Origin: Clostridia bacterium
GTDB taxonomy: Bacteria > Bacillota > Clostridia > Oscillospirales > QAKW01
Direction: 5' to 3'
Assembly: GCA_017436525.1 (NCBI GenBank)
Contig: JAFSCX010000044.1
Span: 1,267 to 65,266 of the forward strand
Length of the DNA: 64,000 nt
In this document: positions 17,218-26,239 of the stretch, one piece after another
Numbering within the stretch: the first letter of the stretch is position 1
Layout of the letters: each line of letters starts with the position of its first letter
The notes under the pieces: model-generated
The model's database searches: none
Told to the model about the DNA's origin: nothing
Seen by the model: the letters and a program-made list of their open reading frames with translations, nothing else
Translations under genes and position numbers: made by a program

Positions 17218-17823
17218 TTATTCCTCCTTGTAGTTATAATTGATGGTTGCATTGGTAGCACCCCAAGGAGCATTTGCTACCTCACCCTCCGCCCAGGGGA
17301 CGTTTATAACGGTTAGGTTATCGCATTTTTGAAAAGCGTTGCTTGCAATGCTCATCGGTGTACTCCTAAATGTTATATTTGTTAATCCTTTGCAACCGCT
17401 AAAAGCAAGAGAATATATTTTTGTAGTATTTAATTTTGTAAGTGCGATTTTCTCGCAACCATAAAAAGTCGCCGCGCAAATAGCACCTTGAAATTTCAGC
17501 AATTCCGTTAAAACAAGATTTTTGCAATTATAAAAGGCATACTCGCCAATCCATGTAATCTCGTTAATGCCCTCAACGCTTTCGAGATTTTCGTGGTTCA
17601 TAAATGCATATTGTTGTATACTTGTTATTCCCTCGGGCAAGGTAAAATGTGTTGCAGTTTTCCGCCAATACTCTTCCCATTGACTATCTCCACCGCCTGT
17701 TTGAATATTAGAGATTGCAGCAGGGAGATCGCCCACTAATATCAGGTCGCTTGTTCCGCTCTTCTCCCGAACTGCATCAGCAATGTCGGTCAAGGTTTTT
17801 TCTTGGATGATGTATGCACTCAT
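17218..17823 (-). CDS. BspA-type leucine-rich-repeat protein (virion appendage candidate)
   Basis: Repeats of the form I..I..YAF..C.NL (ITSIQQYAFMNHENLESV, ITWIGEYAFYNCKNLVLT, FYGCEKIALT, IYSLAFSGCKGLTNI, IASNAFQKCDNLTVI). AT-rich gene that overlaps the fibre-like gene by 4 bp. Confidence 0.7.
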   Translation of the reverse strand: MSAYIIQEKTLTDIADAVREKSGTSDLILVGDLPAAISNIQTGGGDSQWEEYWRKTATHFTLPEGITSIQQYAFMNHENLESVEGINEITWIGEYAFYNCKNLVLTELLKFQGAICAATFYGCEKIALTKLNTTKIYSLAFSGCKGLTNITFRSTPMSIASNAFQKCDNLTVINVPWAEGEVANAPWGATNATINYNYKEE

Positions 17824-19226
17824 ACACTCACCTCCTCAGCAAGAGTGAACGAACCGATAATATCCTCTTTAATCGTTACACGCTCATTTTCTAATATTTC
17901 TGCCAAGCGAGTAGGGCTTATAGCGGTTTTATCCTCCTGCTCTTTCGTCATGACCAGGGTTGCTTTTCGGGGGCAGCCCCCTTCAAATAGGTTTCCCGCC
18001 TTCCACATGGTTGCCGCAAGTTCTTGGTCGGCTAAATCATCAGGAAACGTGAAGGGGCTTGTCGCGGAATCTTTAACATACATCTGGGTTTCTTGCGAAA
18101 GATCCGGGAGACCCATATAGATATACCTGATTTCCGTTTCAGATACGATCTTTACATCATCGGAGGGGAGAGCGTAAGTGATTGCTTTTTCAGTAATATC
18201 CTCCTCATAAATTTGCGTAGGCGGGAAAAGAGAATCGATCACTTTTTCTTTGGTGGTCAGTTCTCCATCCTTCGATGAAACACTTCCGGCATATACTGCA
18301 TTGCCTTCCCAATCCAATGTATAAGCATTGGATCGTTCATCATCAGAATCGCCAGTGCCATTGCCCACAATATCAGCATATTTTTCATCAAAATCCTTCT
18401 CATTGAATTTTCCGGCCACTCGCTGTGCGTTAGATCCGGCATAAGTCCCTTCGCCTGTTTCAACCGAATTTTCACCGCTCCCTTTTCGAATTGGAAGCCC
18501 ATCCAACGCCTCCTTAACCCCTTTTCCGCTGATAGGATCCTCACTTTCGGCATTATAGGAGTCCCGCACAACATCCTTTCCAAGATAAGTGTTTTCAGCA
18601 TCTACCTTTTTAAGATAATCTGCCTCCGCGCTTTCTTTTCTCAGAAAGGCTTCGGAAGCCAATTGCTCAACCACAGATTCCCTTGGAAATGCAGTCAACC
18701 CAAACGGGTAGCTTAAATCCATCAATGCACTTTGAAATAAATACGAATAGCTGGTATAGAATAAATCCCCTGTATCTTTTGCTCTCAAAAATACTTTTGT
18801 ATTCTTTTGCTCTTCCGTTATATCATTAATGTTTTCAATCCCCATCGCTTGGGCTATAGCTATCGGTCCTACGATTCTCATCGATTCGCCGTTTGGAATG
18901 CTGACAAAAATATCGTTTTTTCTAAGATAATCCTTTTCTGCCGCTGTTTTTTCAAGATAAGTTTCTTTCGCATCACTTTTACTGAGATAAGCATTTTTAA
19001 TTCCATTGAGTACATTGGTAATCGCCCGCAGCCATGGTAAAAACACATGAAGGTTGATATAATCATAAAACTTTTTTACCCGCGCGCTTGTCTCTCCCTC
19101 AACGTAATCCTCCTGCTCTTGATGAAGGTAATCATTGATTTCACTTTTATCCACCGTAGCAATCGTTCCATCATCATTTTCAAAAGATTTGATATTATCG
19201 TCCAAGTTCTTCGCCTTAAGCGCCAT
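17820..19226 (-). CDS. tail fibre/appendage-like protein
   Basis: 468 aa. ..ADIVGNGTGDSDDERSNAYTLDWEGNAVYAGSV.. resembles the GNG..(x)RSNA.tldw.GN motif that recurs in phage fibre proteins. Located after the portal gene. Confidence 0.5.
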   Translation of the reverse strand: MALKAKNLDDNIKSFENDDGTIATVDKSEINDYLHQEQEDYVEGETSARVKKFYDYINLHVFLPWLRAITNVLNGIKNAYLSKSDAKETYLEKTAAEKDYLRKNDIFVSIPNGESMRIVGPIAIAQAMGIENINDITEEQKNTKVFLRAKDTGDLFYTSYSYLFQSALMDLSYPFGLTAFPRESVVEQLASEAFLRKESAEADYLKKVDAENTYLGKDVVRDSYNAESEDPISGKGVKEALDGLPIRKGSGENSVETGEGTYAGSNAQRVAGKFNEKDFDEKYADIVGNGTGDSDDERSNAYTLDWEGNAVYAGSVSSKDGELTTKEKVIDSLFPPTQIYEEDITEKAITYALPSDDVKIVSETEIRYIYMGLPDLSQETQMYVKDSATSPFTFPDDLADQELAATMWKAGNLFEGGCPRKATLVMTKEQEDKTAISPTRLAEILENERVTIKEDIIGSFTLAEEVSV

Positions 19227-19229
19227 CTC

Positions 19230-20903
19230 TTAAAATCCTCCTTCCATCATGCCAAAAAAATCATTTTCAGCAGAAGCTCCTTCCAAAGCAGCAAGTTCCT
19301 GCTCCTCCTGAATCTCATCGGTTATAGCCTCTGCCTTAAGATTCTCCATTTCCATCGCTTTCTCTTGGTTTTCTTTTCGAAGCGCCTTGATCTTTGCGAT
19401 TGGAAGATTGCTTGCATCATCCGCTAAATCCAAAAATTCTTCAAAGGTGATACACCCTTTATCAAGCAGCATATAAAGGTTATTGGTTCTGGCATACACC
19501 GTATCCGGTAAAGCCGAGCTCACCTCCGCCTTAACATCCGTGCAAAGCGTCTTCATCTCCTCGGCGCTGATCCTTCCGTTTTTTCCCTGATAGCCGGTTG
19601 GATTATAGGCTTTGATCATGTGATACCAAAGGATCGCAACATCCTCAACCATTTGCTGAAATGCTGCAATCGCCCGATTCAGCGGAATATCTGCTTGATT
19701 CTGCACCGCCTTAATAGCGGCGCCCGAGGCCTGCTCGGGATTGATGTTGCCCAGAGCCGCATCTCCCGCGCCGGCAAGTTCCTTGGCCATGGAGATCATC
19801 TCATTTTCCAAATTCACAACATCACTGCTGACCCCCGCCGGCTGGATATATCCAAACGCATCCTTAATCGAAGCAAGGCCCTGCGTATCATGCATCTCGA
19901 TCGTAGCGCCCACTTGATCCAAGAGGGAAGCATCATCGATCATATCTTTGTTGTATACCCTTGTGGGATAGCAGCATTGCTCCACTACATCCGTGCGGCG
20001 CACCAATGTTTTATTGATCTCGATCTGATTCGGAATCATATTCTTGACAGTACCAAGCCCTCTCGCCTTGCCCTGCTGCCTTGCCACCACATAAGGCACC
20101 AACGGATAATAATCCAATCCCTTGATCACCTGCATCGGCTGAAAGATTACATCCTTGGTGCATCTGCAGAAAGCAATTCCTGCATCTGTCCGTTCAAAAT
20201 ATAGGATGCAGGTGGTCATATCATCCCCCTGCTGCTCCGTTTTATTGCCGGTGGTCAGATGAGCATCGCTTCGCTCATCCGAAAGAATCTGATCAATCAG
20301 CCCTTTATCGACACCATTCTTTTTCGCCTCTCGGCGCACATCCCGCACCGCCAGCCGTTCCTCGATGATGATATAGGGTTGCTCCTGCAGATCCTCCTCT
20401 TCCTCGTTTCCGAGAAATACGCGGGATCCCGGCAAAACCTGAACGATTTTCTTTCGGCGGACGCATCTTGTAATCTTATCGCCTTGCGTAAAGAAGCTTC
20501 CGTCATGAAAATATAGAAAGGCGGTCCCTTCTACAAATCCATTCTGTGTGATATCCCAACACCGATCCTCCATCTTGCTGAAATCCCAAGCAGACCTCAC
20601 CTGCTCATTCAAAGCTTCCATAATGCCCTTCGGATCTTCACCATTGACAGAAAAAGTAATGATTTTTTCTGCCATGGCGACACGCGCCGTCTTAAAATTC
20701 ACAACAGGATCAATGACATTGTAGAAAGGCAGCGGCGAATCTGAATTCTTGATGCCGTTCCATTGATCTCCCTCAAAGAATCTCCAGCACTTTTCTGCAT
20801 CAGCAAATCTGCCGCAAAGGCGCCCATATTCGAGCCCCCGCTCAAATTTCCGCCAAAGGTCCTGCGCCTCCCATTGGCATTCTTTATCCTGCATAGGTAT
20901 CAA
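19230..20903 (-). CDS. portal protein
   Basis: 557 aa, immediately downstream of the large terminase. FFEGDQWNG-type N-terminal motif and acidic C-terminus. The size is typical of portals. Confidence 0.7.
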   Translation of the reverse strand: MIPMQDKECQWEAQDLWRKFERGLEYGRLCGRFADAEKCWRFFEGDQWNGIKNSDSPLPFYNVIDPVVNFKTARVAMAEKIITFSVNGEDPKGIMEALNEQVRSAWDFSKMEDRCWDITQNGFVEGTAFLYFHDGSFFTQGDKITRCVRRKKIVQVLPGSRVFLGNEEEEDLQEQPYIIIEERLAVRDVRREAKKNGVDKGLIDQILSDERSDAHLTTGNKTEQQGDDMTTCILYFERTDAGIAFCRCTKDVIFQPMQVIKGLDYYPLVPYVVARQQGKARGLGTVKNMIPNQIEINKTLVRRTDVVEQCCYPTRVYNKDMIDDASLLDQVGATIEMHDTQGLASIKDAFGYIQPAGVSSDVVNLENEMISMAKELAGAGDAALGNINPEQASGAAIKAVQNQADIPLNRAIAAFQQMVEDVAILWYHMIKAYNPTGYQGKNGRISAEEMKTLCTDVKAEVSSALPDTVYARTNNLYMLLDKGCITFEEFLDLADDASNLPIAKIKALRKENQEKAMEMENLKAEAITDEIQEEQELAALEGASAENDFFGMMEGGF

Positions 20904-21072
20904 TCTCCTCTCTCAATGCTTCTTTTTTAGCCCTCAGCGCCTGCATCTGCCGCCTTGCCTTCCTCTCCTTCATCGGTACCCATTTCGGCGCCAAAAACAA
21001 AACTAAAAAGACAAAAAATGCTGTCTGCACGATCAGCAAAAGCAATAAAACAATGAAAATTCCGATTTCCAT
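20884..21072 (-). CDS. small membrane protein
   Basis: 62 aa with one strong TM (IGIFIVLLLLLIVQTAFFVFLVLFL) and a basic tail. Located between terL and portal. Confidence 0.4.
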   Translation of the reverse strand: MEIGIFIVLLLLLIVQTAFFVFLVLFLAPKWVPMKERKARRQMQALRAKKEALREEIDTYAG

Positions 21073-21081
21073 TTTTCCTCC

Positions 21082-22491
21082 TTAAATTGGCTTGATCCGC
21101 CTGCCTTTTCCGCCGGCATGAGGTTTCGGCCGCTGAAATTCAAAATCATATCGCGGCGCGGGCTTTGGCATCGTTTTTTCTCTCGGCCGCCCTGCGAAGA
21201 AATATCGCAGCGCATCCGGCGCATGAGTCAGTTCATGGGGCTCTGTTGCCACATCGTTGGGATCGTGGGGATCCACCGCCACCGCAGGCAGCGTACGGAT
21301 CAAATGCCTGCAGCAGGAAAAGATCTTGAGATCTGCAGTCCTTCCGCCCTGCTCGTCCGTTTTTACCTGCAGCATTTCCTTCAGGTGTAGCCATCCCGCC
21401 ACCCTGCTGCTCTTTACCTGCCGCAGAGGTACACCATTTTCCCGAAACACCTCTGCAATGGATTTGCCCGTATCGCGGCTTTTGCCCCAAAGATCGGGCG
21501 GGGCAAAGATGCTGCGCACCGTATAGCCTGCCATCAATCCTTTAATGGCAGCGGCCGCTTCCGATACAATCAGCCCCTTATGCTCTCCATCCGGATGCTG
21601 ATTGCCATCGTAAAACTCATCCACCACGTAGAATTTATTTCCCGGCGCCACGCCCACCAAAAGCGCCGCCAGCATATCTAAGCCATAGTCGATTGCCACA
21701 TAAAATTGCCAATCGCTTGGGATATTCCCTTTGGTAAAGAGCGGATCCACCACATGGACCTCCCGCTCAAAATTATCAAAATACTGCCCGTCAAAGAGAT
21801 CCCATTCCCCATAGAGCAGTGCTTTTTTATTTCGATCATCCAACGTTTCAAGATTCCGCAGATATCCCTCATCGTTTTCCATCAGAAAAGCATTGTCTTG
21901 CACCTTTGCCGGAATAAAGATCCTTGTCCCGGTATAAATACCCTTTTTGTTGTACCCTTCAAAAACCGTATCCGGTGGCGCAGGATCAATAAAACGCTCC
22001 TTTACCCAAGTGTGTCCCACCCCGCCGGGGTTGGTACTGCTCTTGATACTACGCGGAAAAGGCGCTGTTCCCCGCAAGCGGGAAAACATATAGATATACA
22101 TAAACTCCGTAAAATGGGTCAGCTCATCAAAGCGGATCACATCGTATTCCGCGCCCTGATACCGATAAACATCGGCCTCCTTATCCATGTATCCAAAATC
22201 AATGATCGATCCGTTGTTGAATTTTCCAGAGTGCTTGCTTGCGTTGTATTTGAAAAGCTCCCGAGGCAAATTACCCTCGAAATATCGGATGATGCTCTGC
22301 TCTAACTCAGGAAAGGTGCGCCGGAAGATGATCTGCCTGCTGCCGGGATATTTCCCCGCATAGATCACCGCATCCAAAAACTGCCCAAAACTCTTTCCGC
22401 CTCCTGCCGCTCCACCGTAAAGAACCTCATCTGCATCGGCAAATACAAATTGCTCCTGCCGCTTGGTATATTGAAAATTAAGCTGCCGCAC
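21082..22491 (-). CDS. terminase large subunit
   Basis: Walker A in LYGGAAGGGKSFG, a Walker B-like VIRFDELTHF, and a C-terminal nuclease-like region. GTG start overlaps the terS stop. Confidence 0.9.
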   Translation of the reverse strand: MRQLNFQYTKRQEQFVFADADEVLYGGAAGGGKSFGQFLDAVIYAGKYPGSRQIIFRRTFPELEQSIIRYFEGNLPRELFKYNASKHSGKFNNGSIIDFGYMDKEADVYRYQGAEYDVIRFDELTHFTEFMYIYMFSRLRGTAPFPRSIKSSTNPGGVGHTWVKERFIDPAPPDTVFEGYNKKGIYTGTRIFIPAKVQDNAFLMENDEGYLRNLETLDDRNKKALLYGEWDLFDGQYFDNFEREVHVVDPLFTKGNIPSDWQFYVAIDYGLDMLAALLVGVAPGNKFYVVDEFYDGNQHPDGEHKGLIVSEAAAAIKGLMAGYTVRSIFAPPDLWGKSRDTGKSIAEVFRENGVPLRQVKSSRVAGWLHLKEMLQVKTDEQGGRTADLKIFSCCRHLIRTLPAVAVDPHDPNDVATEPHELTHAPDALRYFFAGRPREKTMPKPAPRYDFEFQRPKPHAGGKGRRIKPI

Positions 22492-22492
22492 C

Positions 22493-22900
22493 TTATTCCT
22501 CTCTTCGCTCTACCTTGATCGAGAATCCATTTCCCTCGATCTCCCGCTTCTCCGTCAGCTCTCCGCAGAGCTTGGCCTGCAGCTCTACCGCCTTGGCAGC
22601 ACCCCGCAGATCCTTCTCCTCGATGCTCTTGCGATAGATCCGCTCCGCCTTTGCAAGCAATGTATTTTTATTCACATTGATTTCCTCGGCCACCGCCTCC
22701 TGCAAGGCATCCCGATAGGCCCGCACTGCAGGCTCCAAAAGCCAGCGGCTGGCAATCGTTGAAGCACTTCTTCGATTTTCTGTAACGCCCGCCCGAATGA
22801 TCGCCTCTACCCGATCCTCGCACTCCATCAAATGCTCCACAAATACCGCTCTCTTCCCTTTGCAAGCCTTTTTCAACTCTTTCAAGCGCTCCTGATCCAC
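22493..22900 (-). CDS. terminase small subunit
   Basis: 135 aa. An N-terminal HTH-like segment (FVEHLMECEDRVEAIIRAGVTENRRSASTIASRWL) resembles Terminase_2/P27-family small subunits. Directly upstream of terL. Confidence 0.75.
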   Translation of the reverse strand: MDQERLKELKKACKGKRAVFVEHLMECEDRVEAIIRAGVTENRRSASTIASRWLLEPAVRAYRDALQEAVAEEINVNKNTLLAKAERIYRKSIEEKDLRGAAKAVELQAKLCGELTEKREIEGNGFSIKVERREE

Positions 22901-22982
22901 CCGCTCACCTTCTTTCTATCTAACATCCTAAAGCAAAAAACGATTTCTACAGTCCAACTTTCAAATTCACCCTTGACAAAAG

Positions 22983-23015
22983 AAAAAGCGCACCGAGATG
23001 GTGCGCTTTTTCTTT
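22983..23015. terminator. hairpin terminator between regulator gene and packaging operon
   Basis: AAAAAGCGCACC-gagat-GGTGCGCTTTTT, with A/T runs on both sides. Confidence 0.7.
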
Positions 23016-23018
23016 TGC

Positions 23019-23297
23019 CTATAAACTTTCCGGAAACTCCTCATAATACCGCTTGATCTTACGCTTCAATGTGCTTTCCGATACATAAAACCGCCTGCAA
23101 GCCGTCTGCAGCCCGATCTCCCGCGTCATAAAGGCAAAGAGCGCCTCCCAATAGTCCTCCCCGCCGATCCGCTTGCAATGATCAATAATCTTCTTCTGCT
23201 GCCCCTCTGTCAGCTCTCCGAAGCGCTTGGAGGCAAAATAGATATACCCCTGCCGCTGATAGGATACCCGAATTGCCTTCCGATACCGAAATGCCAT
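23019..23297 (-). CDS. putative late-gene transcriptional regulator (C-terminal HTH, sigma region-4-like)
   Basis: 92 aa. ..LQTACRRFYVSESTLKRKIKRYY.. is HTH-like. It sits immediately upstream of the terminase genes, as RinA/ArpU-type activators do. Confidence 0.4.
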   Translation of the reverse strand: MAFRYRKAIRVSYQRQGYIYFASKRFGELTEGQQKKIIDHCKRIGGEDYWEALFAFMTREIGLQTACRRFYVSESTLKRKIKRYYEEFPESL

Positions 23298-23579
23298 GTT
23301 GATCCCCTCCCTTCTCTGCCTTTCAATGTTCCCGCACTATGCGCATAAATAATCCGCCCGCGCCCCACGCGAGCAATGTCAACAATTCTCAACAAAACAC
23401 GCCAAAAAGAGCGTTCAGGTTCTCCTGCGCTCTTTTCATCAATCCTCAAAGCTCCGCTCTCCCCGATCAGACCCTTGACCTTACGCCTGCGGCGCTTCTC
23501 TCTTTTCACCCTGCCCCTTCCCTTCAAGAGAAAGCGAAACCGCTTCTCTCTCGAGGGGAGGTGTTTTGGTTCTAAAACT

Positions 23580-24344
23580 TTACACATCTACAAGGCACTT
23601 CCAACGGGCCTCTCGGTCCGCCTTCTTTTTCTTTGGATCTATTATATATTTGAAGTAAAAGTACCCGTATTTGGTCTTTTTACTCTCAACCAATATGTAC
23701 CCCTTCGGAGCTCTCGGAGGCTTTTTCTCGTTGTATTCTCGCAATGCTACGGTTGCTTCCTCCCGCTCAGGACGCTTTGCGTTGCGCGTCATCTTCCATC
23801 GATGGCCACCCTGTTCCTCCGTCCAATGGTTAAAAAGGTAATTGGCAAGACCTGTATAATCCTGACCGTGGTCTACGCCTTTATATGTATTGTGTGCCCG
23901 AAGATTCACAATCCGCTTGATCTCTCCGCATTTCCACTTCTGCCCGATATATTCCGCAGGTATTCCCAAAGATACCATGTGGAAATGGATCCGCTCCGTG
24001 CTCTTACCACGTCCCATATAAAGAAAGATCACTGCATCAGGATATTTATACCGAAGCCGCCGCATATAATTGGCGGCGATCCGATCTGCATCTCTAAAAT
24101 CATGAACCTCGTGAAAATCATCAAAGGTTAGTGTGCTGTAGAGAGCTTTGGGTGAAAAATTTTCATTAAAAAGTCGGGTATGATTGCGTCGTGAGATCTC
24201 AACCCGATGTATTGCACGCTCTTCTTCATTTTCAAATCGGATCGTCGGCTCCGCTTTTCCAATATTTTTTGCTTTCGCCGAAATATGATAGACCTCCTGC
24301 TCACAAACACAGCCGGAAAATGTCCTTCTTTTTACCCTAAGCAT
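23580..24344 (-). CDS. HUH-superfamily rolling-circle replication initiator (Rep)-like protein
   Basis: Three ordered motifs: YSTLTFD (motif I, FxTLT-like), RIHFHMVSL (HUH) and GLANYLFNH (catalytic Tyr candidate). Confidence 0.55.
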   Translation of the reverse strand: MLRVKRRTFSGCVCEQEVYHISAKAKNIGKAEPTIRFENEEERAIHRVEISRRNHTRLFNENFSPKALYSTLTFDDFHEVHDFRDADRIAANYMRRLRYKYPDAVIFLYMGRGKSTERIHFHMVSLGIPAEYIGQKWKCGEIKRIVNLRAHNTYKGVDHGQDYTGLANYLFNHWTEEQGGHRWKMTRNAKRPEREEATVALREYNEKKPPRAPKGYILVESKKTKYGYFYFKYIIDPKKKKADREARWKCLVDV

Positions 24345-24385
24345 CCTCTCTTTTTCCTTTCCTTTAATAGCTCCTCAAAATGCCC

Positions 24386-24423
24386 TAAAATCCGCAGGGC
24401 CTTTCAGCCCTACGGATTTTTTA
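24386..24423. terminator. hairpin upstream of rep (terminator and/or origin candidate)
   Basis: AAAATCCGCAGGGC-ctttca-GCCCTACGGATTTTTT: an 11-bp stem with one mismatch, flanked by A and T runs. Confidence 0.55.
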
Positions 24424-24426
24424 GCT

Positions 24427-24756
24427 TTACGCCGTAGCTTTTCTCTGCTCCTTGCGGATCAATTTAATATCAGCTTTGTCCCATTTAATAGTTACTGTCC
24501 CGCCATGGGGAAGTGTGGCCGAAACCTGCAATAGCCGCCCTGTGCCAACATCCTCAATCAGATTCAGAATCATTTCAACAGATATCTCATCCAAAGGCTC
24601 AAAATCAATCTCTGCCTTTTGGCGGTTGATTAGGTCAAGGCTTTCTATCAAAATCCATTTAGGCACACCATCGCAATATGCTCTAAAATTGCCCGTATTG
24701 TTTTGATTTATAAAAATTTCGTTGTCCAAAGCCTTTACAATATCGTTATCGGTCAT
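24427..24756 (-). CDS. hypothetical early protein
   Basis: Start chosen at MTDNDIVKAL (24756) behind a GGAGG-like RBS. In an operon with neighbouring small ORFs. Confidence 0.4.
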   Translation of the reverse strand: MTDNDIVKALDNEIFINQNNTGNFRAYCDGVPKWILIESLDLINRQKAEIDFEPLDEISVEMILNLIEDVGTGRLLQVSATLPHGGTVTIKWDKADIKLIRKEQRKATA

Positions 24757-24937
24757 TGAACTCCGCCCTCCGCCAATTCGGCTTCTCGGTGAAGGAAACA
24801 CCCCTCACATCCGAATATTCGGGATCCGCCGCTTCGATCTTTTCCACCGCCTTCTCCAGATCCTCTGCAAAGACCGTTCCGGTGCGAACGAATTCACCGC
24901 CATTTTCATAAGTATAATCAATTACAAACTTATACAT
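24746..24937 (-). CDS. hypothetical early protein
   Basis: 63-aa ORF, overlapping its neighbours by a few nt (translational coupling). Confidence 0.35.
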   Translation of the reverse strand: MYKFVIDYTYENGGEFVRTGTVFAEDLEKAVEKIEAADPEYSDVRGVSFTEKPNWRRAEFNDR

Positions 24938-25385
24938 TTTTTTCCTCCTGAAATTGTTTCATTAATCTTTTCTCAATCTCATCCATTCCGCTCTCCTCAG
25001 CTGCAGCCTGATAATAGCTTTCAAACTGTTCGCCGAAGAGTGTGGAAGGTCTGAGATAGATCTTCATCTTCGGATCCCGCCCCCACGCATCATTGCAGGT
25101 GCGGATCACTCTCTTGAGATCTTCTACCGAATATCCTTCTGAAAGCCGGCGAGAGATCAAGAGCGCCGTTTCCGCATTTTCTGCCGAAAAACTCTTTTTG
25201 CAGATCCCGTTGAGGGCATCCAAAACGCTGCGAATCTCAACGCTGTAATTCGGAAACTCCTCTCCTGCCGGCTCCTTGGCAAGAGCACCAAGCACCCGCT
25301 CACAAGCGCGGATCAGCACTCCCGTCTGCCGATGCAGCCCCATAAGCTGCCGCTTCATCACCAAAACCTCATCTCTTAGATTCAT
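24930..25385 (-). CDS. phage conserved C-terminal (DnaD-like) replication-associated protein
   Basis: ..GYSVEDLKRVIRTCNDAWGRDPKMKIYLRPSTLFGEQFESY resembles the 'conserved phage C-terminus' / DnaD-like domain (..W......yl.P.TLF....FekY). Confidence 0.55.
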   Translation of the reverse strand: MNLRDEVLVMKRQLMGLHRQTGVLIRACERVLGALAKEPAGEEFPNYSVEIRSVLDALNGICKKSFSAENAETALLISRRLSEGYSVEDLKRVIRTCNDAWGRDPKMKIYLRPSTLFGEQFESYYQAAAEESGMDEIEKRLMKQFQEEKNV

Positions 25386-25741
25386 ATCTTCGCTCCCAAT
25401 GCTCGATCAATCTGCTTCATCAGAAGGCCTGTCTCCCGCTCAATGAAAGCCTTGGTACATCCGCCATCATGCATCATGCGTACATGAGCGGCAAGATCCT
25501 CTGTCAGCTCTACGGTCTCCAACTGTAAAAGAGTTCTCTTATAATTACCGGTTGTCGTTCCCTTGGGTATCTTTCCGGCACGCTTCAACACATCAATTAC
25601 CGTCTTGATATCGCAGCCCGTCAAATCGGCAGTAACTTGAATCTGCTTCACAGGATCCTTACACCGCATAAACGAATCAATAATCTCATCCTCCCTGCTC
25701 ATCAGCGCACGCCCCCAATCCTTCCATGCATTTTGCTGCAA
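25382..25741 (-). CDS. hypothetical early protein (start uncertain: 25741 TTG or 25702 ATG)
   Basis: ORF in an operon with a 4-bp overlap downstream. Possible HTH (IKTVIDVLKRAGKI). Confidence 0.35.
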   Translation of the reverse strand: MQQNAWKDWGRALMSREDEIIDSFMRCKDPVKQIQVTADLTGCDIKTVIDVLKRAGKIPKGTTTGNYKRTLLQLETVELTEDLAAHVRMMHDGGCTKAFIERETGLLMKQIDRALGAKI

Positions 25742-26027
25742 AAGCCTTAAATATTTCTATCACCCATAGATGATATTCCTTCTTCTTCCCTTTGAGTTTT
25801 TCAATATTACGCATCAATCGCTCTTCCATGAATTCCCCAAAGGTCCGATAGTAGGTCGCCAAAGCGATTGCATCCTCTGTCGTCATCTCTTGAAATCGAC
25901 CTTGGTCTAATTTCAAAAGCTGGCAAAAAACACTCTCAATCGCCTCTTCGCTCCGCTCCGTTTCCATTGCTTCTCCAAGTTCAACAAAAGCCTTTATCGC
26001 CGCTCTTGCATCAATTATTCCTGCCAT
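25686..26027 (-). CDS. hypothetical early protein
   Basis: 113-aa acidic ORF in an operon. Confidence 0.35.
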   Translation of the reverse strand: MAGIIDARAAIKAFVELGEAMETERSEEAIESVFCQLLKLDQGRFQEMTTEDAIALATYYRTFGEFMEERLMRNIEKLKGKKKEYHLWVIEIFKAFAAKCMEGLGACADEQGG

Positions 26028-26239
26028 ACCGGCTCCACCTCCTCCATTCGAAAACTATGTAGGGCATTCTTGCCCTTCTCTAAAATATCGCAATAGGGCA
26101 GCTCCTTCCCGTCTCGATCCTTCCGATAGCCAACCGCCGCCACCGTTCCGGCAACGATCCGCTCATAGGTGGGCTCCTGTACCTTCGCCATCACCTTCCG
26201 GCCGGAAACCAACGCCGCCCGAAGTTCAAAGAATTCCAT
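26015..26239 (-). CDS. hypothetical early protein
   Basis: Start chosen at MEFFELRAAL (26239) behind AAGGAAGGA. Confidence 0.35.
   Translation of the reverse strand: MEFFELRAALVSGRKVMAKVQEPTYERIVAGTVAAVGYRKDRDGKELPYCDILEKGKNALHSFRMEEVEPVWQE

Noticed and set aside
23298-23579. A TTGACA hexamer on the minus strand of the Rep-to-regulator non-coding tract could be a late promoter.
   Set aside because: No acceptable -10 lies at 16-18 nt spacing. The region is kept only as a candidate origin or regulatory tract in the Rep finding.
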